Program-made: the position numbers and the translations under genes
DNA from: an uncultured Croceitalea sp.
GTDB lineage: Bacteria > Bacteroidota > Bacteroidia > Flavobacteriales > Flavobacteriaceae
Assembly (NCBI RefSeq): GCF_947495075.1
Contig: NZ_CANLXH010000004.1
Strand: one strand, 5' to 3'
DNA: 64,000 nt
The notes under the pieces: model-generated
What the model saw: only the letters and a program-made list of their open reading frames with translations
Database searches by the model: none
Told to the model about the DNA's origin: nothing
In this document: one piece after another, positions 18,502 to 28,880 of the stretch
Numbering within the stretch: position 1 is the stretch's first letter
Layout: each line of letters starts with the position of its first letter

Positions 18502-21057
18502 TTAAGCTGAATTACGACTCGCATTAATATTCCCATAAAGAGACCGCGTTACAATCTTTTCATACAATTCTTTAAACTTAGAGTTTTGAGTAATATGATA
18601 CAACGCATTCTGTTGTATTACCAATAAAGGCAACACAATCTTTTCTCTAATTTTGACTGACTCCCTAGAAACAGCTTCTTTTTCCATTAAAATTTTCTGT
18701 CCCGAAATCTGCAGCAGCATTTTTTCAGAAAGCATGCATTCATCATGAAGAATATTCCAAAACTCTCCAAATTCGGTATCATCCTTCATATAATTGGTTA
18801 GTCCAAAATTAGTTTTGGCCAACGACATCATACTATTATACATTAGAGCCCTAAAGAATGGCACTTCTTTAAACAGAGTCTTAATCTCTTTTAACCTTCC
18901 TTGATCTGTTAGCGTTTTGATTGCCGTACCTAGACCAAAATAACCGGGAACGTTTTGTTTTAATTGACTCCAAGAACCTACAAAAGAAATAGCCCTTAGA
19001 TCTGAAAGTTCTAGTTGTTTTTTGTTTCCTCTCTTACCCGGTCTACTTCCTATATTAGCATTAGAGTAATATTTTAGTGTACTGCGGTGTTCCAGATAAG
19101 GAATAAATTTATCGTGCTGCTTTAAAGCATCATATTTAGCAAAACTTAATTCCGATAATTCTTCAATGAGCTTTCTTTGTGGAGCAGATATCGTATGTTC
19201 TTTCCCAAACAAATTGTTACTTAACCCAGCTGTTAGTAGTTGTTCCGAATTATGAATGAACTGCTCTTTTGTTCCGTAAGTACTGGTAATGGTCTGGCCC
19301 TGTATTGTAAGTTGAATCTCATGATTTGCTACATCTTTGGTTTGTGACGCATAAAAACGATGTGTTTTACCACCACCGCGAGCTGGTGGTCCTCCCCTGC
19401 CATCAAAAAACATCACCTTTATTCCATTCTTTTTACAAACTCTACTTAAAGTCTCCTTAGTTTTAAGGATAGACCAGTTTGCTTTTAAATACCCCCCATC
19501 TTTTGTGCCATCAGAAAAGCCTAACATTATCGTATGTTCTTCGTCCCGGCGTTCTAAATGTTTTCTATAGTTTGGAGTATTAAACAAAGTTTCCATTACC
19601 TCTTCAGCAGCGTCCATACCTTTCATGGTTTCAAAAAGTGGGATAATATCAAAAGTAATTTCTTCTTCTGCCCATCCACACCATCTAAATAATCCAAATA
19701 CAAAAAGTACCGAAAAAATATCTTCAGAATTACTTATAATGTACCTGTTACAGCCTTCCTCACCATTCCTAGATTGAATAACTTTTAATTGTTTTATATT
19801 CTTAATGGTGTCTTTTACAATATCTTCCTTAAAATCAGATGCCTTAAGTTTTAAGTCCTTCTTCAATAACCATTTCACTAATTCAGCTTCTTTTAACTCA
19901 CTTAAGTCTTCTTTAATAGCTCCTTCTTTCTTCAGTACAGATTCTACTACTAAATAATGCTTACTATGATCTTGACGAATATCTAATGTTGCAAAATGCG
20001 TTTTAAAAATATGGACCTTATCAAGCAATTCATCTAATTTATCTAGGTATAGACTATGATAATTAGTTATTAGGTTTTCGCGAATTTCACTGAGCGAATC
20101 TACCAATTCTTGATATTTTAGGACTATACTAGCATCAAACATAGATTTATACAACTTATCACTAAGCGTATTTAACCCTTCTTGCAATCCTTTAAAGGTT
20201 AATTTTTTGCGTAGTGCTTTAAGCTCATTATAATAGCATTTCATTAAAGTCACTCTTAGTTCATTTGCTACCTGTTTGGTCATAGCTGCGGTAACAAATG
20301 GATTTCCATCACGATCACCTCCAGGCCAAAAGCCTAATTTCATTATATCATAGTTGTCAAAACCTTGATCTCTAACATTACTTTTTACATATTGGAATAA
20401 TTCTCCAATAGCATCATAATAGGTATTTCTTAAAATATAGATGATGTTTTTGGCTTCATCTAAAGGCGTAGGCTTCTTAGCATTAACTAATGATGTAAGC
20501 CCTAATTGTTGCAAGGTAACATCAATATCATTTATTTGATCACTATCTATAAGTGCCCGTAATTCTGCTATAATATCTAGAACGGCCGGCGTATAAAACT
20601 GAGTAGGATGAGCTGTAAGTACTATTCTTGCACTAAACGTAGATAGTTTTTTAGCTACCTTATCCCAATTTTTATTCTGATTTACCAATCCAAAGTAATC
20701 CTTTATAGATTGTGAATTGGTATACTCTTGCAATTTTGGAAATGCAGAATCTTCTACACTATCATAAAGTACCACTTGCCGTTCCACATATTGTATAATG
20801 CGGAACATAAAATCTAGTTGGTCTCTTTCGTCTTTTATATCAGCAAAATTTGCAAAAAAAGTTTCTAAAATCTCTTGTGGCTTTTTTCCTTTATCTAGTC
20901 CCTTTTCACATTGATCAAATAATACTGGAATGAGCATACCTACATTTTCAATATTTCTGTACGGTAAGCTTAGAAAAAGACTATTATAAATATTGAACTT
21001 ATTTGTAACAGATTTCTTAAATTCTTCTAATCTTTTAGCCTGCTGCATCTGGTTCAT
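18502..21057 (-). CDS. ppc: Phosphoenolpyruvate carboxylase
   Basis: VLTAHPTQ, WPGGDRDGNP, IIPLFET, MLGFSDGTKDGG, GRGG..ARGG, LRAI. Confidence 0.95.
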   Translation of the reverse strand: MNQMQQAKRLEEFKKSVTNKFNIYNSLFLSLPYRNIENVGMLIPVLFDQCEKGLDKGKKPQEILETFFANFADIKDERDQLDFMFRIIQYVERQVVLYDSVEDSAFPKLQEYTNSQSIKDYFGLVNQNKNWDKVAKKLSTFSARIVLTAHPTQFYTPAVLDIIAELRALIDSDQINDIDVTLQQLGLTSLVNAKKPTPLDEAKNIIYILRNTYYDAIGELFQYVKSNVRDQGFDNYDIMKLGFWPGGDRDGNPFVTAAMTKQVANELRVTLMKCYYNELKALRKKLTFKGLQEGLNTLSDKLYKSMFDASIVLKYQELVDSLSEIRENLITNYHSLYLDKLDELLDKVHIFKTHFATLDIRQDHSKHYLVVESVLKKEGAIKEDLSELKEAELVKWLLKKDLKLKASDFKEDIVKDTIKNIKQLKVIQSRNGEEGCNRYIISNSEDIFSVLFVFGLFRWCGWAEEEITFDIIPLFETMKGMDAAEEVMETLFNTPNYRKHLERRDEEHTIMLGFSDGTKDGGYLKANWSILKTKETLSRVCKKNGIKVMFFDGRGGPPARGGGKTHRFYASQTKDVANHEIQLTIQGQTITSTYGTKEQFIHNSEQLLTAGLSNNLFGKEHTISAPQRKLIEELSELSFAKYDALKQHDKFIPYLEHRSTLKYYSNANIGSRPGKRGNKKQLELSDLRAISFVGSWSQLKQNVPGYFGLGTAIKTLTDQGRLKEIKTLFKEVPFFRALMYNSMMSLAKTNFGLTNYMKDDTEFGEFWNILHDECMLSEKMLLQISGQKILMEKEAVSRESVKIREKIVLPLLVIQQNALYHITQNSKFKELYEKIVTRSLYGNINASRNSA

Positions 21058-21181
21058 CTACTGAAATTTTTAATTAATAGCGTATTACCAAAGGTCGTCA
21101 TAAAAGGTAAAAATTAGTATAAAATTATGGTCAAATAACAGATTTACAAGTAGTTTAGGCAAATCCTAACAAGCGAAATCG

Positions 21182-21856
21182 TTATCGTAGAAAATGTTCT
21201 TTGTATTGTAGCACTCTAAAATCAAACGTATTAAAATTTGGATTGGCACTTTTCAAGTCCTTATACGTTTGCAAACTACCTATTGCTCTATTTGCAGCTC
21301 CAGATGGTGCAGTAAGAGAAACAGTTTTTATCTGTTTTTTAGTTATTGGGTGTATAAACTGGTGTATTCTTGGTACTATATCTGATATTACATCAAGTTT
21401 TAGATTATGTTCTTTTAAATACCTTCTAAAATAATATTCGGGACCATTTTTACTATTACCCCCAGTAAATAGTATTGTTTCGATTGTATCATATTCTTTA
21501 AGATATACTAGCATATCTCTAAGTTTGGCATTTTGCATACCTAAATCTGATGCATCTATTTTATCACGCTCCGCACTATCCACAATATCGCAAACACCTA
21601 TCTCATGCGTTCTTAAAAAGCGTTTTCTTTCTTCAATAGCATTTTTAGTGTTTGCATAAGTAAGATTAAGCTTAAATATCTCATTTAAGATTGGCCATAA
21701 TTGTCCATTTCTACTTCCATAACAAAAGTCTATATCTCCTTTTTTAAATTCTCTTGTTGTAAATCTTGGTGGCGGTAAAGTTCCAACAATTAGTTTTTTA
21801 ACTCCTGTAAAAAGGAATGGAGGATATGGGTGTTTATGGAAAAACTTAGAAGGCAT
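21182..21856 (-). CDS. Uracil-DNA glycosylase superfamily (MUG-like) protein
   Basis: LIVGTLPP, FCYGS..GQLW, DIVDS..R...DASD, APSG. Confidence 0.75.
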   Translation of the reverse strand: MPSKFFHKHPYPPFLFTGVKKLIVGTLPPPRFTTREFKKGDIDFCYGSRNGQLWPILNEIFKLNLTYANTKNAIEERKRFLRTHEIGVCDIVDSAERDKIDASDLGMQNAKLRDMLVYLKEYDTIETILFTGGNSKNGPEYYFRRYLKEHNLKLDVISDIVPRIHQFIHPITKKQIKTVSLTAPSGAANRAIGSLQTYKDLKSANPNFNTFDFRVLQYKEHFLR

Positions 21857-21912
21857 ATTACTTGTAAAAGTCGGTCTTTTTTTCTATTTTATAAAGTAAA
21901 GAATTAAGCTTT

Positions 21913-22041
21913 ATGGGAAAAGGAGATATAAAAACTAAAAGAGGAAAAATCGCAAATAAGAGCTATGGTGCTAGGCGTAAAAGAAAAATAAAAAAGAGAA
22001 CTTCAATCGAGACTAAAATAAATGTTGAAAAAGCAAAATAG
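21913..22041 (+). CDS. thx: 30S ribosomal protein THX (bTHX/bS31-like), 42 aa
   Basis: Not in ORF track. MGKGDIKTKRGKIANKSYGARRKRKIKKRTSIETKINVEKAK; the MGKGD.KT.RGKI...SYG..R signature matches THX. Confidence 0.85.
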   Translation: MGKGDIKTKRGKIANKSYGARRKRKIKKRTSIETKINVEKAK

Positions 22042-22434
22042 TTATTCGTCCTTAAAGTAATTAATATTTATTCTATTATTTGTGTCAACATCAACCGTCA
22101 ATGTATAAAACCCACTTTCTATTGAAGCACCAGATGCGTAATCATATACAATCGATGTTTTTATATTTTCATCGCTTGTAGAGATTGTAAAATAACTAGG
22201 TGGGAAGTTTTTAGGCGGACCAGCATTTGCAAATACCTTGTAAGAGGAGACTGTTTGCGGTGGAACATCAATAAATTCTGTGTTGTCTATTAAGACTTCT
22301 TCTAAAAGGTAACTGCTCTTGTTATCTACTCTAAAAAATACTTCTTGTGAAACTAGATTTGCATCATCATCACTATTACATGAAGTTACCGCAAAACAAA
22401 GTATGATGAAAATACCTTTTTTAATAAAGTTCAT
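22042..22434 (-). CDS. Hypothetical lipoprotein (paralog A)
   Basis: Lipobox VTSC; start set to second Met (22434, MNFIKKG). Confidence 0.65.
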   Translation of the reverse strand: MNFIKKGIFIILCFAVTSCNSDDDANLVSQEVFFRVDNKSSYLLEEVLIDNTEFIDVPPQTVSSYKVFANAGPPKNFPPSYFTISTSDENIKTSIVYDYASGASIESGFYTLTVDVDTNNRININYFKDE

Positions 22435-22484
22435 CTTATCTTTTCTATAAGGATTCACATAAACTAAAAAGGTTGCTTTTTTGA

Positions 22485-22850
22485 TTAATCTACTCTAAAA
22501 TTGAAAATAATTTCACCTTTATCATCAAAACTTAACTCATAAGTATAAAGGCCTATTGGAAGTGGCTCACCAATTATACTATCTGCTGGTACAAATCTAA
22601 ATTGTATAGAATCTGTTTCTATAGTTATTGTATCTGCAGCGTAGGCAGTTTCAAAAGGCAAATAATTAGAAAAACCAGCAGCAGGAACGTTTTCAAAAAG
22701 TAATGTATCTACCCGAACTTGAACAGTGGTAAAATCAATACTACTTTTATTATTAATTCTAATGCTTGCCCCTAATAATTTATCATCTCTATCTGTACAA
22801 GCAAATGTGATTAAAGCTATTAATAAGACGGAAAGAAGAATCTTTTTCAT
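22485..22850 (-). CDS. Hypothetical lipoprotein (paralog B)
   Basis: Lipobox TFAC; shares R.NNKSS and G.YT motifs with its neighbour. Confidence 0.7.
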   Translation of the reverse strand: MKKILLSVLLIALITFACTDRDDKLLGASIRINNKSSIDFTTVQVRVDTLLFENVPAAGFSNYLPFETAYAADTITIETDSIQFRFVPADSIIGEPLPIGLYTYELSFDDKGEIIFNFRVD

Positions 22851-22895
22851 TGTATTTGCTCTTTAATTAAAGAACGTTAAGAAAAAGAATTTATT

Positions 22896-23657
22896 CTATC
22901 TAATAAAGACAGGTTGGTTTTCCTTTAGCGTATGAGCCCTGCTAAACTCATAGTCATCATAATTAAAGGACCTAATATCTTCAAGAGTTTTAGCATCTGT
23001 ATCAAGAATGTAGCGGACCATAGAACCTCTTGCTTTTTTGGCAAAAAAGCTAATCACCTTTAATTTATCGTTCTTCCAATCTTTAAAAATTGGAGTAATA
23101 ACTGGTACTTTGAGCTTCTTTTCATCTATTGCTCCAAAATATTCATTACTGGCTAAGTTTATAAAAAGTTTGTCGTTCTCCAATTCTAAATTTAAGTGAT
23201 TAGTCAAACTCTCTTTCCAAAATTCATATAGATTTTTTTTGCGACCAACTTTTAGTTTTGTTCCCATTTCTAAACGGTAAGGTTGTATTAAATCTAAGGG
23301 TTTCAATATTCCGTAAAGTCCTGATAAAATTCTTAGCGTATCTTGAAGTTTGTCTAATTTGTCTTCTCCAATTGAAAAAGCATCTAAACCTTGATAAACA
23401 TCCCCATTAAAAGAAAAGACAGCTGGTCTTGCATTATCGATTGTAAAAGGGGTCGAAAATTGTTGATTACGTTCCCAATTTAATTGTGCTAAATTATCCG
23501 AAATTGACATTAATTCTGATAGTGCCTTTGGTTTCTTCTTTACCAGTACTTTATTTAATTGTTCAGATTCCTTAATAAACTGAGGAACACTAAACTTTTT
23601 AGAGGGTAATTTAGTTTCAAAATCAAGTGACTTTGCAGGAGAGATAACAATTTTCAT
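22896..23657 (-). CDS. yaaA: Peroxide stress protein YaaA
   Basis: [48 protein letters not shown]. Confidence 0.93.
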   Translation of the reverse strand: MKIVISPAKSLDFETKLPSKKFSVPQFIKESEQLNKVLVKKKPKALSELMSISDNLAQLNWERNQQFSTPFTIDNARPAVFSFNGDVYQGLDAFSIGEDKLDKLQDTLRILSGLYGILKPLDLIQPYRLEMGTKLKVGRKKNLYEFWKESLTNHLNLELENDKLFINLASNEYFGAIDEKKLKVPVITPIFKDWKNDKLKVISFFAKKARGSMVRYILDTDAKTLEDIRSFNYDDYEFSRAHTLKENQPVFIR

Positions 23658-23751
23658 TTTCCATTCATTTTACTCAAAAATAAAACCTAATTCTTAAATA
23701 ACTTAATAGGAACAAAAAGACTTATTTATTTAGGGATTGAAAGAACCTATT

Positions 23752-24777
23752 CTAATTTGAATGTTTAGAGTAATGTCTCCATTTTTCTATACATTTTTGC
23801 ATATCCTCAGGAAGCTCAGAATTAAATTGCATTTTCTTTCCTGTTATTGGATGGTTAAAACCTAACGTTTTTGCATGCAAGGCTTGACGAGGTAAAATCT
23901 TAAAAGCATTTTCTACAAACTGCTTGTATTTGGTAAATGTAGTTCCTTTAAGAATTTTATCTCCACCATAACGCTCATCGTTGAACAAGGTATGTCCAAC
24001 ATATTTCATATGTACGCGAATTTGATGAGTCCTACCAGTTTCTAATCTACAAGAAACTAAAGTAACATAGCCTAAACGTTCCAAAACCTTATAGTGCGTA
24101 ACCGCTTCTTTACCTTCATCACCTTCTGGAAAAACTGTCATTTGCAATCTATTCTTAGGATTGCGAGCTAAATTACCTTCAATAGTACCTTCTTCATCAT
24201 CTACATTACCCCAGACCAATGCTATATATTCACGTTCACTAGTTTTTTGAAAAAATTGTTTTGACAAATAGGTCATTGCAGTTTCTGTCTTTGCTACTAC
24301 TAGTAAACCTGAAGTATCTTTATCAATACGATGTACTAAACCGGGCCTTTCAGAACTATTATTTGGTAAGTTTTCAAAATGGTATACCAAGGCATTTATT
24401 AAAGTACCTGAATAATTACCATGACCAGGATGTACCACCATCCCTGCAGGCTTATTTACTACTAACAACACCTCATCTTCATAAACAATATCTAAAGGAA
24501 TGTTTTCTGGAGTTAGCAGAAACTCGTATGGCGGATGCTCAAATAAAACTCGGACCTCATCGCCAGCTTTAACTTTGTAATTTTGCTTTACAATAGTATT
24601 ATTAACCCAAATATTACCGTCCTTTGCTGCTTTCTGAATTTTATTTCGCGTAGCATTCTCAATAAAATTCATGAGAAACTTATCAACTCTAAGTGGTTCT
24701 TGCCCTTTTGTAGCTTTAAACCTATGATGCTCAAAAAGTTCTTCCTGTGGTTCTTCTAAATTTTGGTCAGCTGCCAT
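23752..24777 (-). CDS. rluD: 23S rRNA pseudouridine synthase RluD-type
   Basis: S4 domain, NKPAGMVVHPG, VHRIDKDTSG, TGRTHQIRVH. Confidence 0.9.
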   Translation of the reverse strand: MAADQNLEEPQEELFEHHRFKATKGQEPLRVDKFLMNFIENATRNKIQKAAKDGNIWVNNTIVKQNYKVKAGDEVRVLFEHPPYEFLLTPENIPLDIVYEDEVLLVVNKPAGMVVHPGHGNYSGTLINALVYHFENLPNNSSERPGLVHRIDKDTSGLLVVAKTETAMTYLSKQFFQKTSEREYIALVWGNVDDEEGTIEGNLARNPKNRLQMTVFPEGDEGKEAVTHYKVLERLGYVTLVSCRLETGRTHQIRVHMKYVGHTLFNDERYGGDKILKGTTFTKYKQFVENAFKILPRQALHAKTLGFNHPITGKKMQFNSELPEDMQKCIEKWRHYSKHSN

Positions 24778-24778
24778 G

Positions 24779-25366
24779 CTATTGCGAGTCTGCTTGAATT
24801 CTGGCCTTGGCTGTTATAGTACCATTACCGCATATTAACTCTACTTTCGAAGTTTTAGGCAACTTATCTCCTGGTTTTACATATTTACCTTTGTACTTCA
24901 TATTGTAAACCATATCCTTACCTAATTCATCTATATAGGTAACTCTTTGTACCTCTAAACCAACTGCCCTTAATCTAGATGTAGCATTTCTTTTTGTGAC
25001 TTGTATAATATCTGGAATAGTAACTTTTTTATAACCTGAAGGATTTACGGTAAAATATATTTTTCGATTGTCTTTTACCTTACTTCCTGCCAAAGGACTT
25101 TGTTCTAAAATAGAGAAACGAGGATATTCTGGATTATAATTTGTAGAATCCAAAACTTCATATCTTAATCCTGATTCTTCAGCTTTTTTTCGCATTTCTT
25201 GGACAGACATTTTAGAAAAGTCTGGCACCTCAACAAACTCCCCATGATTAGTCTCATTCTTAAGCCATTGTAAGGTTAAGAATATCAAAATAATCACTAC
25301 AAGTAAAGCCAACCCTAATTGAATTAAAAAGGTTCTACTCTTTAAAAATTGAAAAAAGTGTTTCAT
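24779..25366 (-). CDS. PASTA domain membrane protein
   Basis: N-terminal TM, VPDF..M, IPDI repeats. Confidence 0.85.
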   Translation of the reverse strand: MKHFFQFLKSRTFLIQLGLALLVVIILIFLTLQWLKNETNHGEFVEVPDFSKMSVQEMRKKAEESGLRYEVLDSTNYNPEYPRFSILEQSPLAGSKVKDNRKIYFTVNPSGYKKVTIPDIIQVTKRNATSRLRAVGLEVQRVTYIDELGKDMVYNMKYKGKYVKPGDKLPKTSKVELICGNGTITAKARIQADSQ

Positions 25367-25384
25367 GAAAAACTGTTATCCAAA

Positions 25385-25392
25385 CAAATATA
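25385..25392 (-). promoter_or_regulatory. -7 promoter box for the PASTA-rluD operon
   Basis: TATATTTG on minus strand, 19 nt upstream of the ATG. Confidence 0.5.
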
Positions 25393-25440
25393 GAAAAACG
25401 ACTCATTTTTCTTTACTTTGGACTCAGTATATTTAGACTT

Positions 25441-26415
25441 ATGAAAAATGTAGCCATAATAATGGGCGGCTTCTCCAGTGAGTATGACATTTCTGTAAAA
25501 AGTGCGAGTGTTGTTTTTAAATACTTAAATACCAAAAAGTATAAAGCATATCGTATTTATATAACAAAAAACTCTTGGTATTATCTTGATGAAAACAAGA
25601 TAGAACACCATGTAAATAAAAATGATTTTAGCATTCAGTTAAATGATGAAAAAATTAAATTCGATGTGGTATTTAATGCTGTTCATGGCACACCTGGTGA
25701 AGATGGTATTTTACAAGCTTATTTTGAACTTCTGAACATTCCACATACTTCGTGTGACTCCTACCAATCGGCTTTAACCTTCAATAAAAGAGATTTATTG
25801 AGCGTCTTAAAGCCTTATGGAATTAAATGTGCTACTTCATATTTTTTAAATCAAGGGGATAAAATAGACACCAATAGTATTGTAAAAAAAGTAGGTCTAC
25901 CCTGCTTTGTGAAAGCAAATAAGGCAGGGAGTAGTTTTGGTATTTCTAAAGTATATGAAGAGAACAAGCTTAAAACTGCAATAGAAAAGGCTTTTTATGA
26001 AGATGATGAAATTATTATTGAATCCTTTCTAGACGGTACCGAAGTATCTGTAGGTGTCATAACCTACAAAGGAGAAATAGTTGTATTACCCATTACAGAA
26101 ATAGTATCAGAAAATGATTTCTTTGATTATGAAGCTAAATATGAAGGAAAGTCACAGGAAATAACACCTGCAAGAATTTCTGATGTAAAACTCAAGAGAG
26201 TAATTGAAGTAGCGAGTAATATATATAGTACTTTAAAGTTGAAAGGTTTTTCTAGAAGTGAATTTATTTTCATTGAGGATGAGCCTTATTTAATAGAAGT
26301 GAATACAACACCAGGACTAACAGAAGAGAGTATTCTACCGCAACAGGCAAATGCTTATGGTATTAGTCTGCCAGATCTTTTTGAAAACGCTATTGAAGAA
26401 GTCCTGAAAAAATAA
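25441..26415 (+). CDS. ddl: D-alanine--D-alanine ligase
   Basis: GGFSSEY..S, HGTPGEDG, GSSFG, FDYEAKY, EVNTTPG. Confidence 0.95.
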   Translation: MKNVAIIMGGFSSEYDISVKSASVVFKYLNTKKYKAYRIYITKNSWYYLDENKIEHHVNKNDFSIQLNDEKIKFDVVFNAVHGTPGEDGILQAYFELLNIPHTSCDSYQSALTFNKRDLLSVLKPYGIKCATSYFLNQGDKIDTNSIVKKVGLPCFVKANKAGSSFGISKVYEENKLKTAIEKAFYEDDEIIIESFLDGTEVSVGVITYKGEIVVLPITEIVSENDFFDYEAKYEGKSQEITPARISDVKLKRVIEVASNIYSTLKLKGFSRSEFIFIEDEPYLIEVNTTPGLTEESILPQQANAYGISLPDLFENAIEEVLKK

Positions 26416-26443
26416 TATGTAACTTTATTTTAAATACATTTAA

Positions 26444-26908
26444 ATGAGGCGAGCAATTTTTCCTGGTTCTTTTGATCCTCTAACATTAGGACATTACGAT
26501 ATCATCCAAAGAGGCATAACCCTTTTTGATGAGCTTTATATAGCAATAGGAATAAATGCTGATAAAAAATATATGTTTTCTTTAGAGGAACGTAAAAAGT
26601 TTATAGAGGAAGCTTTTAAAAATGAACCAAAAATAAAAGTAGTTACATATAAAGGTTTAACGGTAGACTTTTGTAAAGAGATTAATGCTGGTTTTATTTT
26701 AAGAGGACTTCGTAATCCAGGAGATTTTGAATTTGAAAAAGCAATTGCCCATACAAACAGGCATCTTTCAGAGATAGAAACTGTTTTCTTATTAACTTCC
26801 TCAGGCAAATCATATATAAGTTCTTCCATTGTCCGCGATGTGATAAGAAATGGTGGGAACTATTCAGTGCTTGTACCTGATACAGTAATTGCGAACAACA
26901 AGCCATAG
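26444..26908 (+). CDS. coaD: Pantetheine-phosphate adenylyltransferase
   Basis: FPGSFDPLTLGH, RGLR...DFEFE, ISSSIVRD. Confidence 0.96.
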   Translation: MRRAIFPGSFDPLTLGHYDIIQRGITLFDELYIAIGINADKKYMFSLEERKKFIEEAFKNEPKIKVVTYKGLTVDFCKEINAGFILRGLRNPGDFEFEKAIAHTNRHLSEIETVFLLTSSGKSYISSSIVRDVIRNGGNYSVLVPDTVIANNKP

Positions 26909-27086
26909 CATATTTTTAAAGTATTTTCCTACATTGACAACAAAATGTAGCTTCTTCACAACATAATCTATTGTATTTCTACTTCAGCACATACTTTAGT
27001 AAGAAATTACTTATACTATTATCGAAGCCTACGTCCCAAATACAACAAAAAAACAAGTAAGTTCATATTTTAATCTAATAAAGCAA

Positions 27087-28880
27087 TTGCCAAATGCTAC
27101 CGCTTTAGTAGATAAGAATTTAAATTTAGCGTGTTCATCTAAAGGATGGTATACCGTGTTTTCTTTTCTAGAAAAACCCATAAAAAATCAACTAGAGTAT
27201 TTTAAGTCCAACAACAATGAGTGGTTTACTATACTTGAAAAAAGCTTAAATAACGGTAAAGAAATACAATTCCGTTGTACCATTGGCAATACGGAAATTA
27301 CTAAACATATTCTCTGGACATTTAAACCTTTTCTTACTGAAGAGAATTTAATCACTGGCGTCATTGTTACTGCTAAAGATGTAAGTACCGTAGTAGAAAA
27401 AGAAATCCAGATAGATAAACTAAATGCATTATTAGAAACAAAATCAGAAATTTCTAAAGTAGGAACATGGGAATATAATTTAGAAAATAACAAACTTTCT
27501 TGGTCAAAAATGACAAAGAAAATACATGAAGTCTCCGAAGAATACAATCCAGATGTCGAAACAGCAATTAAATTCTATAAACAAGGGCATAGCCAGAATA
27601 GAATATCAATGTTGGTTCATAAGGCTTTAGAAAATGGAGAAACATTTCAAGAAAGACTTCAAATCATTACTGCAAAAGGAAACGAACGTTGGATACTTTC
27701 TTCGGGAAAGCCTTTTTTTAAAGATGGGAAGATTACTAAGCTTTTAGGAACTTTCCAAGATGTTGATGAACAGGTAAAAACAGAATTAAAAGTAACAGAG
27801 AGTGAACAACTTTTACATACACTGGTAGATAATTTACCCTTGAATATATTCATAAAGGATGAAGGTTCTCGAAAAATTCTGGTCAACAAGGCAGAATGTG
27901 AGTATTTAGGGGTTAAAAATCCAAAAGAGCTTATTGGAAAATCAGACTTTGATTTGTATGATGCCGATGTTGCTCAAATCTCTAGGGATGAAGATTTACA
28001 GGTTTTAAAAACTTTACAGCCAATTTTAGGGAAAGAAACGGTGAGTACCAGAAAAGATGGCAAAAAGACCACTTTCATGACCTCTAAAATTCCACTTTTA
28101 GATGTATACGGAAAAGCTTATGCGTTAATTGGTATTAGTATAGACATCTCTAATCTTAAGCAAAAAGAAGATGAATTAAGAAGACTAATTGGTATTACTT
28201 CTATCCAGAATAAAAAGCTGGTAAATTTTGCTCATATCGTCTCGCATAATTTAAGATCACATACGGCAAACTTTTCTATGCTTTTAGAATTTCTAATTAA
28301 CGAAAAAGAACAAGAGGAAAAAGATAGAATTCTAGGTATGCTCTCAAAGGCATCAGACAATCTTTTGAACACATTAGATAATCTAAACGAAGTAGTAAAA
28401 ATTAATACTAATACTAATGTAACTAGAGAAAGTATTAATCTTAAAAAAACATTTGAGTCTGTCCATGAGAACCTAATTGCTTTGTTCGAAAGAAACAAAG
28501 TGGAATTTAAAAATGTTATTCCTAGTAAGCTAAATATTTACGGAATACCAGCATATTTAGACAGTATTGTACTTAATCTTTTAACTAATGCAGTAAAATA
28601 TAGACATCCTAAAAGAACTCCTAAGATTACAGTCACAGCAGAAAAAGAAGGAGATAGAGTTGTATTTAGTATTGAAGATAACGGTATAGGGATTGACTTA
28701 AATAAAAACGGAGATAAGCTTTTTGGAATGTATAAAACATTTCATTCCAATGATGATGCCAGAGGGATAGGCTTATACATAACTAAAAACCAAATTGAAG
28801 CTATGGGAGGAAATATTATTACCTGTAGTGAACTTAATAAAGGAACAACATTTAAAGTATATTTTAATGAGGGATATTAA
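27087..28880 (+). CDS. Cytoplasmic multi-PAS sensor histidine kinase
   Basis: PAS/PAC repeats, SHNLRSH H-box, NLLTNAVKY, DNGIGID, GIGLY; no TM; true start may lie up to about 27018. Confidence 0.9.
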   Translation: MPNATALVDKNLNLACSSKGWYTVFSFLEKPIKNQLEYFKSNNNEWFTILEKSLNNGKEIQFRCTIGNTEITKHILWTFKPFLTEENLITGVIVTAKDVSTVVEKEIQIDKLNALLETKSEISKVGTWEYNLENNKLSWSKMTKKIHEVSEEYNPDVETAIKFYKQGHSQNRISMLVHKALENGETFQERLQIITAKGNERWILSSGKPFFKDGKITKLLGTFQDVDEQVKTELKVTESEQLLHTLVDNLPLNIFIKDEGSRKILVNKAECEYLGVKNPKELIGKSDFDLYDADVAQISRDEDLQVLKTLQPILGKETVSTRKDGKKTTFMTSKIPLLDVYGKAYALIGISIDISNLKQKEDELRRLIGITSIQNKKLVNFAHIVSHNLRSHTANFSMLLEFLINEKEQEEKDRILGMLSKASDNLLNTLDNLNEVVKINTNTNVTRESINLKKTFESVHENLIALFERNKVEFKNVIPSKLNIYGIPAYLDSIVLNLLTNAVKYRHPKRTPKITVTAEKEGDRVVFSIEDNGIGIDLNKNGDKLFGMYKTFHSNDDARGIGLYITKNQIEAMGGNIITCSELNKGTTFKVYFNEGY

